Shown: positions 50,561 to 63,902, counted from the first letter of the stretch. The stretch is 64,000 bases of DNA from Vicugna vicugna (GCA_013265495.1 MU058475.1:434001-498000); one strand, 5' to 3'. Notes: generated from the sequence alone by a model not told the origin. Numbers and translations: made by a program.

Positions 50561-51619
50561 TAAACCTAAAATTGAAACCGCTTTAAAAAATAAAGTCCAT
50601 TCATTTAAAAAAAAGAGACAGAATGATCTATTGAAATAAATTCCCTTAAACAGAAACCCCTCCTTTGCTTTGTTTAGCCATAGAGACCTCAAATAGTATC
50701 TAATCCATCACTTTTGCTTTATCTATGATAAACCAATGATTATAAAATTCATAATTCTATGAATGAGTGGATTGTTTCGCCCTGGGGTACCTAACTGGTT
50801 AGAGGCAGAGCTATGCTCAGAACCTAAGCGTTCCGACTCTTAGCCCAGTTCTTTTTTCATGAAACTTTTAAAATTGCACATTTGATGTTTGCTTAGGTTT
50901 TTAAGACCTACACCTGTACTTGGGATTCCAAGTTGCAAGGACTAGTGGTTGATTCCTAGGTTCCACCTACTCCACATCTTTTCACTTCAACAGCTACAGG
51001 GCTGTTTGAATGCTGGGAGGCCTGGTCTGGACTCCTCAGCCAGAAGCCCTTGCTGTACCAAGATGCCAACATTTGCTATGTACAGTGATGCCTGCGTCTG
51101 CCACTGAAGCCCAAGGCCAGGGTCCTTGCTGATCTGCAAGGCTGTGTGACATAGGATTTGACAAACTAAATCAAAAATAACTGACATTATTCAAGAGTCC
51201 CCAAGATGAATTCAGAGAAGTCGTGGAGATGGGCTGGACTGGGCAGAGGATGCTCCGTTTCCCATCTTGCCACTGTCTGGCTGTGTGCTTCAGGCTTTGA
51301 CACTGGGATCTAATTGAAGGACTCCATTCATGCTAACTCAAAAGCCATGTCCCTCCTCTGGGAAGGCCATCTTCTCCAACCAATGTACACGGACGTGATT
51401 CAAAGAGGGTGTCAGTGGGGAAGGTCAGACTAGCATGGTGCCTTCCAATCCAGTTTGAAGATCTATTCAATTATCCACTCTTTTGTTGACTAAGTATTTA
51501 TAGAGATCTGGGGATGGGCTGTATCTAAATCCACGGGAAATTCTAAATAGTTCTCATACATGTATCATTGAGATTAAAAACCCTTAGTAATCATCCACAG
51601 TGCTGGTCCAGCACAAAGC

Positions 51620-52046
51620 AAGCCTTTGGATCTCTCGGAAGTAGACACTGAGTGGGAATTTGGGATGTAAGATGTGTTTTAAGGAATGTCCTTGGTATCA
51701 GCACTATGGATGAGACAGGAGGGAAGTAAGACTGGGCAGAGGGAGAAATTAAACAGGGATTCAGGCCCAACAGACTCAACCAACCCCCCCGGGAACTCTA
51801 GAACAAAACTGACCCTTCAGACGTGGCCCACAGTGAGCCAAGATGGCCAGGCCTTTACACCTCCAAATCAGTCATCGTACATGGGCTGCCCTGGAAAGGA
51901 GCATGATTTGGGGTGAGGCAGCTCCTGCACCAGGCGACCCCGAAGGGGCTGACAGGTGAAAGTATCTGCTGACAGCACCCGTGGCACCAGGTGACAGACC
52001 CTTCACGAAAGGTGATCTGGGCACACATCTCAGTGGCTTCCACACA
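51620..52046 (-). mobile_element. ERVL LTR16-like solo LTR
   Basis: ctcggaagtagacactgag...gactgggcagagggagaa...aggtgatctgggcacacatctcagtggcttccacaca. Confidence 0.65.
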
Positions 52047-53439
52047 GGCAGTAAGCATATGCTGAAGGAGTGATGGATGCTTCGAAAATCTTACCACTTT
52101 AACCGGAACTTCCATTATCCAGAGTAATTCACAAAATTTAGTCACTTTGCCTGCCATCCACTGTCTAAAACAGACGTCCTTTTCTAACCCCCAAAAGATG
52201 TCTCTAGCTTCCCTTAGGAAGGCTTATCAGGGGGTTATTGAATCTCCCAACTAGACACACAGCTCTCTCTTTGTGTGCTTTTTGCCTAGAGACCAGTGGG
52301 CCAACCCATCACATCAGCTTTGTCACACAACCTGCCCTTAATGCCAAACGCTCTTTCTGCTTCTGATTCCTTCACCAAGAAAGCCAACCCCCGGTGATCG
52401 GCTGGCAGCATTTTGTTATCTCTAGTTTTTATCTGCTTGATCTCCAGGCCAAAACCATTGTCAAGGGATTCCAGAAGAGACAGAAGCATAGTTGTGGTTG
52501 GAAATGTGTTGGTTTCCAGGCCCCTGCCCTCCATCCTAGTCCTGGTTAAAGACTTGGTGGAATCAGGAGAACTTTCTGGAAGATTCTGAATGTTTGCGTG
52601 AATGGACGTGGCTTCTGAAGGGGTAGTGGGATTTGTAGACCCAGTGATGGGGGGTGGGGCATTCCAATCAGAGGGAGAGCTCGAGCAAAGCTGGGAGGAC
52701 AGAAAATACAGGGCTGGTTGAAGATCAGCCAGGTCAAGGCATGTGTACAGTGGGGAGCATTTTTGGAATAAGGATTTTGAATGCCATGCTGAGAACATTT
52801 ATTTTGGAGATAATTGGCCCAGATATGCCAGACAGCTGATGAAGGTCAGGGGCATGCCCTGGAGGTGTGCATACCACAAATGCCTGGCTGCCCAGCAAGC
52901 ACTTGGCAATGAACTTCAAGGGCAGCAAAGGCTGGGGCTCCCATTGGGTAAAATGAGGGCAGAGGGTCAATAAGAAGAGAGGTAAGCATATTTTCTAACC
53001 AAAAGAAGCAGAAGAATGATCAGTAGGAGAACGGATCAATACCAAGCCACAAAGCCAGCTCTGAAGTCTAGACTGACTACTCCTGCTGCTGAGCTCTATT
53101 ATATCCCGCCCTCAGGACGGCTCCCTGCCCTCTAACATCTCTATGGCAGTGTGAGCCTCCCTCTTTGGGACTCCATCCACAAAGCCTGCGGCAGTGTGGC
53201 TCCCCCTCAGCAGGCTGCAGCCACCCCCACCAAGACCTCCTCCCTGGGCCAACCCCTCAGCCGCCGGCCCCTCGCGATCCAGGGGCCACGCCAGCCCAGC
53301 ATTTCCTTAAGGACGAGCTCTTATCGCAGCTGAAAGGAGCATCACCAAGCCACTCTGTAAGCTGCGCAGTGAAGTCAATTTATGTTTCTTGAGCGTCTGT
53401 TGCACTTTGGGGTGCTCTGCTCCCATTTCCAGCCTGCGA

Positions 53440-54200
53440 TTTGAAGAGCTAACATTTGGCCCCACTCCCCTCTGCGCAGCCGGCAGCCCAGGCGCCCTCA
53501 GGACTCTCCGGCTCTCTGCCTCCTGCTTTTGTTGGCTCTTCCTGCCACCTCACCCGCCCAGCCTTCCTTTCCGTTCCCGTCGCCCCCAGGGGAACCGGGA
53601 ACCAGGGGTAGGCGAGCAGTTCAGAGCACAGTCGGGTCTGGAGATCCGGAGCCGGGGAAGGACCAGGAAACTCGACTTGCAAGGCGGCCGGCGGGCGGGC
53701 GGGGGCGCTGTGGAGTCGGGCCACATGGGTACCCAGGCTGCCGGCGTCCCAGGCCTGCTCAGCAGCAGCAGCAGGGTCCGGGGTTGTGAGGCCTGAAGCC
53801 AAGACAATTTTGAAAGTAAGCTCAAGAAAAAGAATATATAAATATCTCACTTTTGCAAATTTTACAAACCATATGACAGAGTGAACACATTCTGGGGCTC
53901 TCTCCCGTGGCTGATGGCGGGCCTGACGCCCAGGCCTCCCTAGTTTCATAGCAAACTTTCCTCTCCTCCTCTCACTGGGACCCCCATTGGTGCTCCGCAG
54001 TGATGGGGGTTCAGGGAAGACGGAAGGCGGAGAACACTGTCATCACTGGACCGAGAACCCGTTCCCTCACTCGTTCATTCCCCGACTTGAGCCCCACACA
54101 ACCAGGCGGTGCCTCCCTCCTGCTCCCTGAGGACCCCCAGCACACACAGCACCTGTGGCGAATAGCCCCGGTGAGTCTTCGACTGGCCCCAACCCACCCC
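53440..54200. promoter_or_regulatory. CpG-rich region
   Basis: ggcggccggcgggcgggcgggggcgc (GC boxes) and locally dense CpG. Confidence 0.5.
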
Positions 54201-54772
54201 CAACCATAGTCGAGCTCAGCCACTCCACACACCCTCCTGATTCACACATGCTGGCATCCTCCTGCCGGCAATGCCTCCCACACCCACCTGGCAAATGCTT
54301 TCAAGACTGGGGCCAAGCCTGTCTTCTTCAGGTTTTCCCTGACCTACCCAGGCAGCTCCCATCAGGACTTGCCTGCATCCTGTGTGTGCCCCCCATCTCC
54401 CATAGGCACATTTCCCCTCCTGTCCCCTCCACTCCCACTCGCTCTTGCACACCTGAACATGTGCATGCACTCATGCAGAAGTCCCTTGTTGAGCGTTCAC
54501 TGTGTCAGAGACTTCCAGGGCTTTGCACAACAACCCCCACATGCTGGAGCTGAATGGGGCTGGGGCTACCTGTACACTCTTGCCGGTGAGAATTTGCCTG
54601 GGTCGGGGGTGGGACTGAGGCTGCGCTGACGGGCGTCAGAGAGCTGGGGAGGCAGTGGGCGGGTCAAACACTTGGCATTTCCCACTTACTGCTTCATATG
54701 GTTGCCAGGGCTCTCGCGCCAGGATCATACCCCTGCCCCTCCCTCGAATAGAAACCAGTTACTCTTACCTAA

Positions 54773-55290
54773 GTTTCAGGAGGAAGCTGCAAAGAGGAAA
54801 AAAACAAAAACCAGTTAGAACCAGCTGAGCCCAAGATGGCAGAGGATTTGACTTCCAGTGGACCTAAAGCCCCGTTATACGCTCACTGTGACACATTAGC
54901 TGCTAAATGACACACCCACCAGCATCATGACAGTTGACAGTCGCCATGACAACAACCGGAAAAGCCCATACAAGGACTGAAAAGGAGAGTTGCATCAGTT
55001 TCGTGTCCAAACCACACCCCTCTTCTTGGATAACTCATGAATATTCCTCCCACTCTTTCTAACTTCCTCCCTTTTACCTCAACCCTCCTGTAGACCCGGT
55101 GTCTCCACCTGAATTGGGTTGAGAAATTGACTTGTAAACTAGGTTCCTGCTTCTCCACTCTTTGGCCATTGAGTAAAGCCTGCACTTTTCCAGTCTCAGC
55201 ATTGGTTTCGTTATTGGCTGCCCGAATCTGATGGGAAAAGGAAACTCCCGGTCCAGGACTGGAGATCTTGGCCCAGCCTAGGATCTGACA
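54773..55290 (+). mobile_element. Solo ERV LTR
   Basis: cccaagatggcagagg...ccatgacagttgac...agtaaa poly(A)-like signal near 55172; ends ...tctgaca. Confidence 0.75.
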
Positions 55291-57712
55291 ACTTCGATAA
55301 CAATACAGCCTGCCCTTCAGTGTGCTCCTGTGGAGCTCCCTACAGGCGATGTGAAGACCATCTCTCACAACTCAGTGCATGCATTTTTAATAAACAGCAT
55401 GGGCCTTGCACACAGTGCTCAGTAAATAAATATCTATGGCATGCTTGGCTGTTATGATTCAACAGTGGGCAGCATCGGATTGAATCATGGAGCTGAGACT
55501 TCACCCTGCCCATCGTCTCACCTTCAAGCAACTACACAAAGATGATTCACTTGGCCTTCAAGGAAGACGCGCCATCATTCATCAGAGCTCCGTCTCCCCA
55601 TGCGATATTCACCCACAGACCTTCCTGGATGAAATGATGGATGCAGTCCAATATACGCAACCTTCTATTTTAAAGTCAAGCGTTCCGCCTTGTGCTCTAA
55701 CTTACCAATAAATACGACACAGGTAATGCTTGATTTCAGTAAACCTATCCCACTCCACAGCTCCTTCAATCCATAAGCGGCAGGCCCAAGATGAAGAGTA
55801 CTTGGAATTGACTATCAAAGGAAATGTACATCTGTTTTGTAAAACTTCAAAGAGATGTGGCCTCAGGAAGATTATGCTTCAATAAAGAGAACACATGGGT
55901 GGGGTTCAGTGAGGGTTCCATTGCTAGTTGGCAGGGTTGGTAAACTACTGTCACTTATGTACATATTAACTAGCAAGTGGTAAAGTCAGTTAACTTGGTA
56001 AAACAACTAGAACACTAAGCATGACCTTCTTTGTAAATCTTTTCTTTGTCCTCCTACTGGTAGTTAGGATCTCCGCCTGCTAAGTCTGTAACACGAGGGA
56101 TCTTTCTTGTGTCTCCTCGTCCTTAGATTCATTTAACAAACATATGGTGAGCATTTGTCACTGCTTGACACTGTTCAGGGAGCTGGCCACACACCAGGAA
56201 ACAGGTCAGTGATTCCTGCCCTCTGGGAACTGACAGCCCAGTCAGGGAGACACTCAGGAGACAGATGCAAGAGGCTCTCTCCTCTTCCCCGGGGGACTGC
56301 AAGCCCCCGTGGGTGGGAACCACCCCTGAAGAAGCCAAAAAGAATCAAATAACAGAAAAGTCTTTGAAAGCACAGTTCCCACTGCACAGATTGCTTTCCT
56401 GGAATTCGCAGTTTCTAGCAGCTTAGGAGACCTTGAGCCCACTGCGGTATCACTCCCCCCAGGACTCAGGCATCCGAGGCACCCGGCAGCCAGAGCCCTT
56501 CCCAGCACTTGAGCTGCTCCCCTTGCTCTAGGAGGGGAACATCAGAGGCTGAATGAGCAGGTGGGAGAGAAAGGAGCTTGGGAATGTAAAAGCAATTTGG
56601 TTTATTGACCTATTCATATCTAAAATCTTCCTGTAATTTACATGAAAATAATTAAGGCTTGGGATGACTATCAGTGAGCTTGAATGTCCTTCCCCTCCTC
56701 TGTAGGCACCAGGAGTAAGATGGGTCTTCCTGATCTGCTCCGTCTTTGTCAACTTCCTCTCTTTAAAGTAGTCATCAGTACCGTTGCTGGCCCCGTCAGG
56801 CTCTGTGCAAGTCTGGGAAACTGACCCCAAGATGGATGGCAACTCACAGCCCCATGGACAAGACAGGGGACGGCAAATGTGAGGGCGGGGTTAGGCTTTG
56901 CTTCCTAAATGTCTCCTTATGCTTTGTTTCATCTCTGAGCCCCTGCTCTCCAGAGAAGAAGGAAAGAGAAGGTTGGGCTGCGGGCAATTCCCCGGGCACA
57001 GCACCGGCCCGCTGTGGACCTCCCAGGGGCTTTCCAGGAGTCCCCTCTTCCTAGAGTTCTCCTCCATAAAACCAGGCGGCCTTGTCTTTGGGATTCTGCT
57101 GGCCCCTTCTGCTGTGGGAATCGTAGCACTCTCCCCATCACCAAAGACCTTCCAGACTATCCATCATTCAAAAGGCTCTCAGAAGAGATTTTATTCGTAT
57201 ATCGCCCTTTAGGCAAACTGAGGTGGTGAGCGCACCAGAACCTTACTTTTCAAATATTCACCAACTTATGTATGGGGGGTGGCACTTCTCATTATGTGAA
57301 ATTTGCCATCCTTAAACAGCGTGAAGGTGGGAGGATGAGCTGCTAAATCTGTGTGAGTATTCTACCCCTGAAAAGGATTGCATGAGTGTTTCACCTGGTG
57401 ATCACCCAGGGGGCTGGTAATTAAGAGGTGTTTAACCCTCCGACTCTCTCAGTACTGTCTTCTATTTCTTGTAAACTTTAGCAACTGTGGCTGAAGACAT
57501 TAGCTTCCCTCTGTTGCTATTCCAATTTTCCAAATTTCCTTCTTTCTGAGTGAGGGAAACCTCTGAGTCTCCAGAACACCATGATTTTTTGTTGCTGTTG
57601 TTGATTTTTTTTCTCACTCTTGTCTGGATCACTAGCAATGAGTTTGGGGTCCCAGGTGGATTGCCTTTTCTTTTGGACAGCATCAAAACTGGACCCTCCT
57701 CTGCTCAGAGCT

Positions 57713-58349
57713 TGTTACTGAACCAGACTTGAGTCCCTTCGCCTGCACTCAGTAAAGCCAATCTACTGGCACCAGGTTGTGAAGGAAAGTACAGCATTTA
57801 TTAGCAGGCGTCAAGGAAAGAGAATGGGTAGCTCATCCTCAAAAGACCAGAACTCCCCAATGGCTTTCAGGGAAGGGCTTTTAAAAGCAACATTTGCAGT
57901 GAGGGTTGGAGGGGGCATGAATTTCTTCTGATTGGTTGGTGATGAGGTAACAGGGTGATGATTCAGGAGTCTGAATCATCAGCTTTCTGGTTCCAACCAG
58001 TCTGGCGTCCACATGCTTATGGTCAGCATGGAGCCACCATCCTCCACCTGGTGGGGACCTTACTTCTGCAGGGAGTTTCTGCAGAACAACTCGGAGATAA
58101 GCATCAGATTGTTATGCATATCCCTTGAGGAGGAATTAGGACTCTGTTTTATCCCTGAACTATTGTGTCTTGACTGCTTTCCTTTAGTTTCTGCATTCTC
58201 TTACTTCCCTAATTAGTAACTGCTTGAGTCTGCTCTTTGGAACTTAGGGAAGGCTTAGGAGACTAAAGCCTTTTCTTACAAACAAGAATTGGGGGTCACA
58301 GAGAGGCTTTTGTACCCAGGAGGGTCCTGCAGGGCCCTGCTCAGTTTCA
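57713..58349 (-). mobile_element. Solo ERV1-like LTR, 637 bp
   Basis: TG...CA termini, 4-bp TSD agct/ggct, AATAAA on the minus strand (tttatt at 57797-57802). Confidence 0.85.
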
Positions 58350-58489
58350 GGCTTCCCCCAGAAACTTCTGGAGCCAAATCCTTTCACAGAATGTAGAACT
58401 CCAGCCATGCCATAGACTGCTGTCTCTGGCTGTCTCCCAGTCTCCCAGGGCCTTCAGGAAAACCCTGTGTTGCTCCAGTTGGCATATCT

Positions 58490-58610
58490 CTATAGTGGGG
58501 ACAATATCTGAGTTTCCAATTTTCAGATCTTGTGGGAATTAAATGAGATAATTCATGTGACACTCTTAGCCAGAGCTTGACATAAGTTCTTAAAGGATGG
58601 TCACTGTTGT
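58490..58610 (+). mobile_element. MIR fragment
   Basis: ctatagtggggacaata...ttgtgggaattaaatgagataat. Confidence 0.7.
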
Positions 58611-59434
58611 TTTTATTGCTGCTACTTGCTCACGAGTGGTGCTGGCTTGGGGGCATGCCACTCATATAGGTTTGTTTCTGTGAAGAAAGGAAAAGCCAAC
58701 AAAATTTCTTAACACACTCAGTATTCCCTAGAGGATATTCTCGACTGTAGCCTATGATCACATGAGACATGTATGAAACACAAAGCTATTTGTCCCTTGT
58801 AAATGGACAGTGTCTGCTTTCCTGGCAGATTTTCCATGCCTTCTTTTCTTGAGTTATTTTGTTTTATTTCCTCTTTTAAATTCTAAAAGAAATGAATGCC
58901 CAAAATATAGTTTAGAGTTCATATATCTGAAGAAAACCCATCACGCACACACAAGTCATCACAAGGCATTCACTTGCCTGTTATTAATCCAGGTGTTAAT
59001 AAATGAAATAGCACCTGGCACTTACGTACCTGTGATTTCCACCTTCAAAGGGATTTGCAAGCATTACCCAGGTCTTCTCAGCATCGCTTCTGTGAACTAG
59101 GGGAGCGTGAGCTCTCTTCCACTGGGAGACCCACTAAGTGAACCTCATGTTTGGTGGTTGTTCTTTTTTGAATTTGTTTGTTTTTAACAGTGAAGAGAGA
59201 GTTACTTTTTGGTTTTGCATATATTCAATATTCAAAATTTGTTTATTTTTTAACTATTGAGTCTCCCTACTAAGGATGTATTAGCCAAATCTGAGCTAGA
59301 AAATTCTGACTCTGGGGGAAATGTTTTGTTCTGTTTGTTTTCACACAAAAAAGATCCAGCAAAACTCAACACAAGGTGACTGTTAGAACTTCCCAAATCG
59401 TGAGGCTGATCTGTAATCTGCAGTCCTGGGCACA

Positions 59435-59588
59435 GCAGCCACCAGCCACACCAGCCACAGGTGGCTCCTGACCACTTGAAATGTGGCTGGTGTCATTGAG
59501 GGATGAAATTTTTAATTTAGTTGCATGGGAATTACTTTGAATTTAGATTTAAACAGCCACACGTGGCTAGTGGCTAGCATAACGGCTC
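59435..59588. mobile_element. MER3-like hAT-Charlie MITE
   Basis: cagccacaggtggct...cacttgaaatgtggctgg...aaacagccacacgtggctagtggcta. Confidence 0.8.
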
Positions 59589-60609
59589 TAACACCTCAGT
59601 TTCCACATGTAGGAGAGGTTGCAGCCACAAGGAAAGTATTTATACGTCCCTGTTTTAAACTTGGCTTCTAAAATGATCTTTAGATCAATAAAGCAGACAT
59701 ATCTGGCCACTCTCAAAAGTCTCTAGAAAAGTCAGGCTTGAAAACTACTGGACCCCTGTAGGGGGTGGGGGTGGGGTTCATGCTCTGTTCAGAGTGACCC
59801 TGTATCCCAGTTGCTTACAGGAGCAGAGAGTGGATTTCTTGACAAGCCCCAGGCTCACAAGGAACCCTCAGAGAACATCCCCTTTCTCCAGGCTCTACCA
59901 TAACTGTGGTTTTTTTTTAAACTGTAGAATGTGGCTGTAAATTAATAGCTCTCCCGACAAAAGAGCCTACCAGTGCCAACTACTGGTTTTCTGTTTGCCA
60001 TCAATTTGTTGTTAAGCTGTACTCATAACTTAAAATACACAGGATGGCTCAGTGAAGAGAGGCTCAGAGACGGCAGGTCTTGGGATGGAGAAGTGGGTCT
60101 GGCAGAGACAAACCCAAACCAAATCTTCGTCCCATTTGGAAAGGAAACAATCAAAGCAATTTGGGCCACCGCCAGAGCACAAATCCAGAACCACTTACAC
60201 CAGAAACACAAATTCCCTGGAGCCGATGTCAGGAACCCTCAGGGAAGGGGCAGGGGGGATGGGTGACCTATGCCCTCACGGCAACGTCATTACAACCAAA
60301 GAAGCGAACTGACACCTGCTCTCAGGTTAGGGGAAATCGGGTAGCAGTCCTGACTCCTGGGAAGGCAAAGTTGGACAGCTCGGAAGCCAGAATGAGATGT
60401 CCACCCTGTGCCACTTGGACAGTGTAAATTGGCATGCTATGATTTCTCCTTGAAGCAGAATTCAGGAGCGAGTAATCATCAACAACAGCTAAAGCTGAGA
60501 CAGAAAGTGCTGATTTATACTAAGGTGTGAGAATCCATAACTCAATCTATGTTAAACCATTTAAAGACATAAGCTAAGAGGGAGCAGCTTTGCTGTGCAC
60601 ATTCAATGA

Positions 60610-61071
60610 GTATAGTAGTTATCCTTCGCTGCATAAGAAATCACTCCGTTCTCTCTCACTGTTTCTGAAGGCACAGGTTCAGGAGTGCCTCGGTTGGGCA
60701 ATTCTGGCTCAGGCCCTCTCTTCGGGGTGCAGTGAGATGCCAGCTGGTGCCATGATCATCAGAAGGTTTGACCGAGGCTGGAGAATCCACTTGGAAGGTG
60801 GCTCACCCACACGCCGGGCACGTTGCTGTGGGCTGGTTGGTTTCTGCCTCTGGACCGTGTGTTCCCACCACATTGCAGCTGGCTTCCCCCAGAGCAAGCC
60901 ACCCAGAGGCCAGGTGGAAGGGGCAGCGAGTTCCCCGACCTGTCCTGGAAGTCACACATGCTGTCCTTGCCGTATTCTGCCAGGTACACAGGCCGCCCTG
61001 ATTTACGGGAAGGGAACATCTGGGGAGTTGAGGGCCATTTGGAGCCATCATGGAGGCTGGCCACCCACAAC
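60610..61071 (-). mobile_element. MLT1 (F/G/H-like) MaLR LTR
   Basis: ttctggctcagg...gaggctggagaatccacttggaaggtggctcac...ctggaagtcacaca...ggaggctggccacccaca. Confidence 0.8.
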
Positions 61072-61114
61072 AGAAAATGTATTTTAAAAATGAAAGTGTG
61101 ATTGATGACAACTT

Positions 61115-61900
61115 AAAATGACAATGAGATGCCATTTTTTATTCTTCGGATAAGTAAAAATTTAAAAGAAGAATATTATTCTGCACTGGCCTGCAGGGGC
61201 GGGGCAGGGATTGGGGGGAAAGGTCTTCTCCCTCATGGTTGGTGATAAATTGGTATCGTCAGCTTGCAGAACAGCGTGGACATCAGACCCTCCGAGACGC
61301 ATCCTTTCAATCCTATTGTGCTTCCAGCTCCGGCCATTTGCCCTAGAGAAGCACCCGAGCACGTGCACAGACAGGCGTGAGCTAGAACGTTCCTGCAGCT
61401 TTTTTTTTTTTTTGTAATAGTGACAAATTAGAAATAAGTTGTTTCCTGATAGGCGACTGGTTGAAAAGTTATGGTTCTGTGAGAAGGTTGTGCAAAGATG
61501 GAGAGGTACCCTCTGATTTATAGACTCTAAATAGGAGCATTTTCTGGTGGGAATTCTATCTCCATAAAACCGTTTTTTAAAAACTATGGCAAATCGAGAG
61601 AAAGGACTGCATGCAATGTAGCTGTAAAAAAAAATATTGAAGGTAGTGAAGATGTTCCCTGGGGCTTCATAAGAAAAAAGACAAAATAGAGAGCAGTAGA
61701 TTCAATACACTATCTTCGTGCAAAAAAAGGCTAGAAAATCATAATACATCTTCCTATTTGCTTATACCTGCAAAGAGAAACACTAGAAGGTACATAAGGA
61801 ACAAAAAAGAAGATGGAGCAGATGGGAGAGGGAAGAGGTGGACAGGGATGGGACCATAAGAAGGCATCTCAATGAATATCTACGTGTGTGACCTAATGAC
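61115..61900 (+). mobile_element. Very old L1 (L1ME-like) 3' fragment
   Basis: taaaatgacaatgagatgccatttttt; tgtaatagtgacaaattagaaa. Confidence 0.6.
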
Positions 61901-63724
61901 AAATCCAATAAAATAAGAAGACAGTGCAACGTTTCTACAAGTTCCGTTTCTAACTCAGCTACTAACTCTGCAGTCTTAGAAATACCACTTTACTTTTCTG
62001 ATTTTCAGTATTTCCTTCTGTAAAGTGGATTCGCCGGTCTTTGAGCTCTTGGCTGTTGCTGAAAGTGTTTCCTTAGCTACATCCAACTGGCAAAATATTT
62101 CCTGGGCTCTTCCTCCTCGACCACGTGCTCCCTGGTACCTGGATGGCAGGTGTGGTGTCTGAGAGTGCACAGGAGCCCCTGAGAACCTGATCAATCGCCC
62201 ACATCTCCCACCACGGGACTGCGGGTCAGCGAGGGACATCGGTAACTAAGAGCAAGAGCCACGCCTGGTCCTGTAGATAAAATCAGTTACAATGGAAATG
62301 GTAGGAAACACTACTTTGCAACAGCAAGAAGGGGTTAAAACAGCAGGAGCCAAGACATTGGGAGTAATAGGGTGACAAGGCAGTGACGCACAGATGTCTC
62401 GTCCCCTCACCTCTGATGTAGGGTTCACTGTAGACAGCGACACCAGAACAGAACCACAGGGACCCGCCCCAGCTCCCCCTGCAGCCCCGCCCCCCACCTG
62501 CAAATCACTGCTGTCTCCACCCCAGAGCCTCGCTGGATGAAGATCTCACCCCCAGAAGACTCCTGTCAACAGCAGACGTGCCACCCAGTGACACACTGGT
62601 CTGCCGGCACTCGAGTGCATCAGCACAGTGACGGCAGAGCCCTGAGTGAGTGGAAGGAAGCGGGGCCCTGAGTGGAGGGAGGAAAGTGGTGTGGAAGGAG
62701 GCCTGGGGGGCACCCCTGTGAGGGCAAGTGATACCCCGGGAGGAGCGAGGTCCGCCGGTTTGACCCCAACCGCTTGGAAGGCCATTGCGTTTACTTTTCC
62801 AGGAGGCGCGCTGAACTGGTGAGAATTAGCGGGAGGAAGAAGCTCCCTGGAAAGAACTTTCTACCAGGGCTGCAACGCCAGACAGGCTGGCTCCTGGTGT
62901 GGGGGCTTCTGGTCACCCAGAGCCAGCTGCCTGGACCACTGCCTTCTGTGACAGGTGCCCGGCAGCAGCGTCCACTCCCAGATACAAATCAGAATCACGC
63001 CAAGGTGCATGTCACACATCAGCTTCCCAAGCCTCATCCCTGGGGACACAGACCCAGCGGGTCCAGGGGGGCCCAGAATTTATATTCTCAGTGAGCATCG
63101 AGAAGGCTCTGGTACCACAGTGTGTGAACTGGCAGTCTTGAGACACTTAGATAAATAATCTAAAAATGGCTCATTTCAAGGTCTTATTTTCTCTAGAGTT
63201 TGCCCTGCCCCAAGGAGAGGTCAATTATAATAATCTTTTCAAGAAAAGGACTTACTCCAGTAAGCTCGATTTGTCTCAGTGACATTTCTCTTTGAGTTCT
63301 GCATTTCGTGGCTTGAATCCCAGCACCACAGGAGGACACAGGGCACCCTTAGCGCTCTGCAGGGGAGCGCTGCACCCCCCGGGGACAGGCTCTGCGGCTG
63401 AGTGATGGCCCCCGCGCTGCAGTGCTCTCCCTGGAAAGGACGCCTGTCCTCTTCAAAGGGGGCTTGTCCTTGCCCCCCCACATCTGGACCCAGGCGGGCG
63501 GGTGAAACAGCACGGTGCCGGGACCAGAGGACCAGGGTGTGCATCTTTTGTGACCTGACCCCGAGCACATCGCCAGGCTTTCCTGAGCCCTGTTTTCCAC
63601 CTGTAAACTAAAGCGGTTGCATGCAGTGATTTTTCAGATACATTTCAATGAATTCTGAAACTGTAACAATTATCATTTTCCAAATATCTACCATGTGCAA
63701 GGCACACGAGTGGTCTCTCTCTCT

Positions 63725-63902
63725 AACGTGTGTGTGTGTGTTTATTTATATATACAGATGTGTGCACAAATACAATGTGCGTGCATATGCATGCACGTGT
63801 ACATGCACACACATGTGCTATGTGCATACATGCCATGTTTGTATATGCACACATATTGATACACAAACCTGTGTGTATAAGTACACACGCATATATATGT
63901 GT
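63725..63902. repeat. Degenerate (TG/CA/TA) purine-pyrimidine tract
   Basis: Read directly from sequence. Confidence 0.85.

Larger units (their letters stand above)
55522..63356 (-). pseudogene. Putative decayed multi-exon gene; exons 63356-63256, 62270-61986, 59096-59030, 58451-57395 (split by LTR), 57206-57020, 56812-56642, 55811-55706, 55624-55522
   Basis: All segments bounded by AG/GT on the minus strand (gtaagt, gtacgt, gtgaga donors among them); phases compatible at every junction but one; four exons stop-free, the others carry in-frame stops. Confidence 0.6.
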
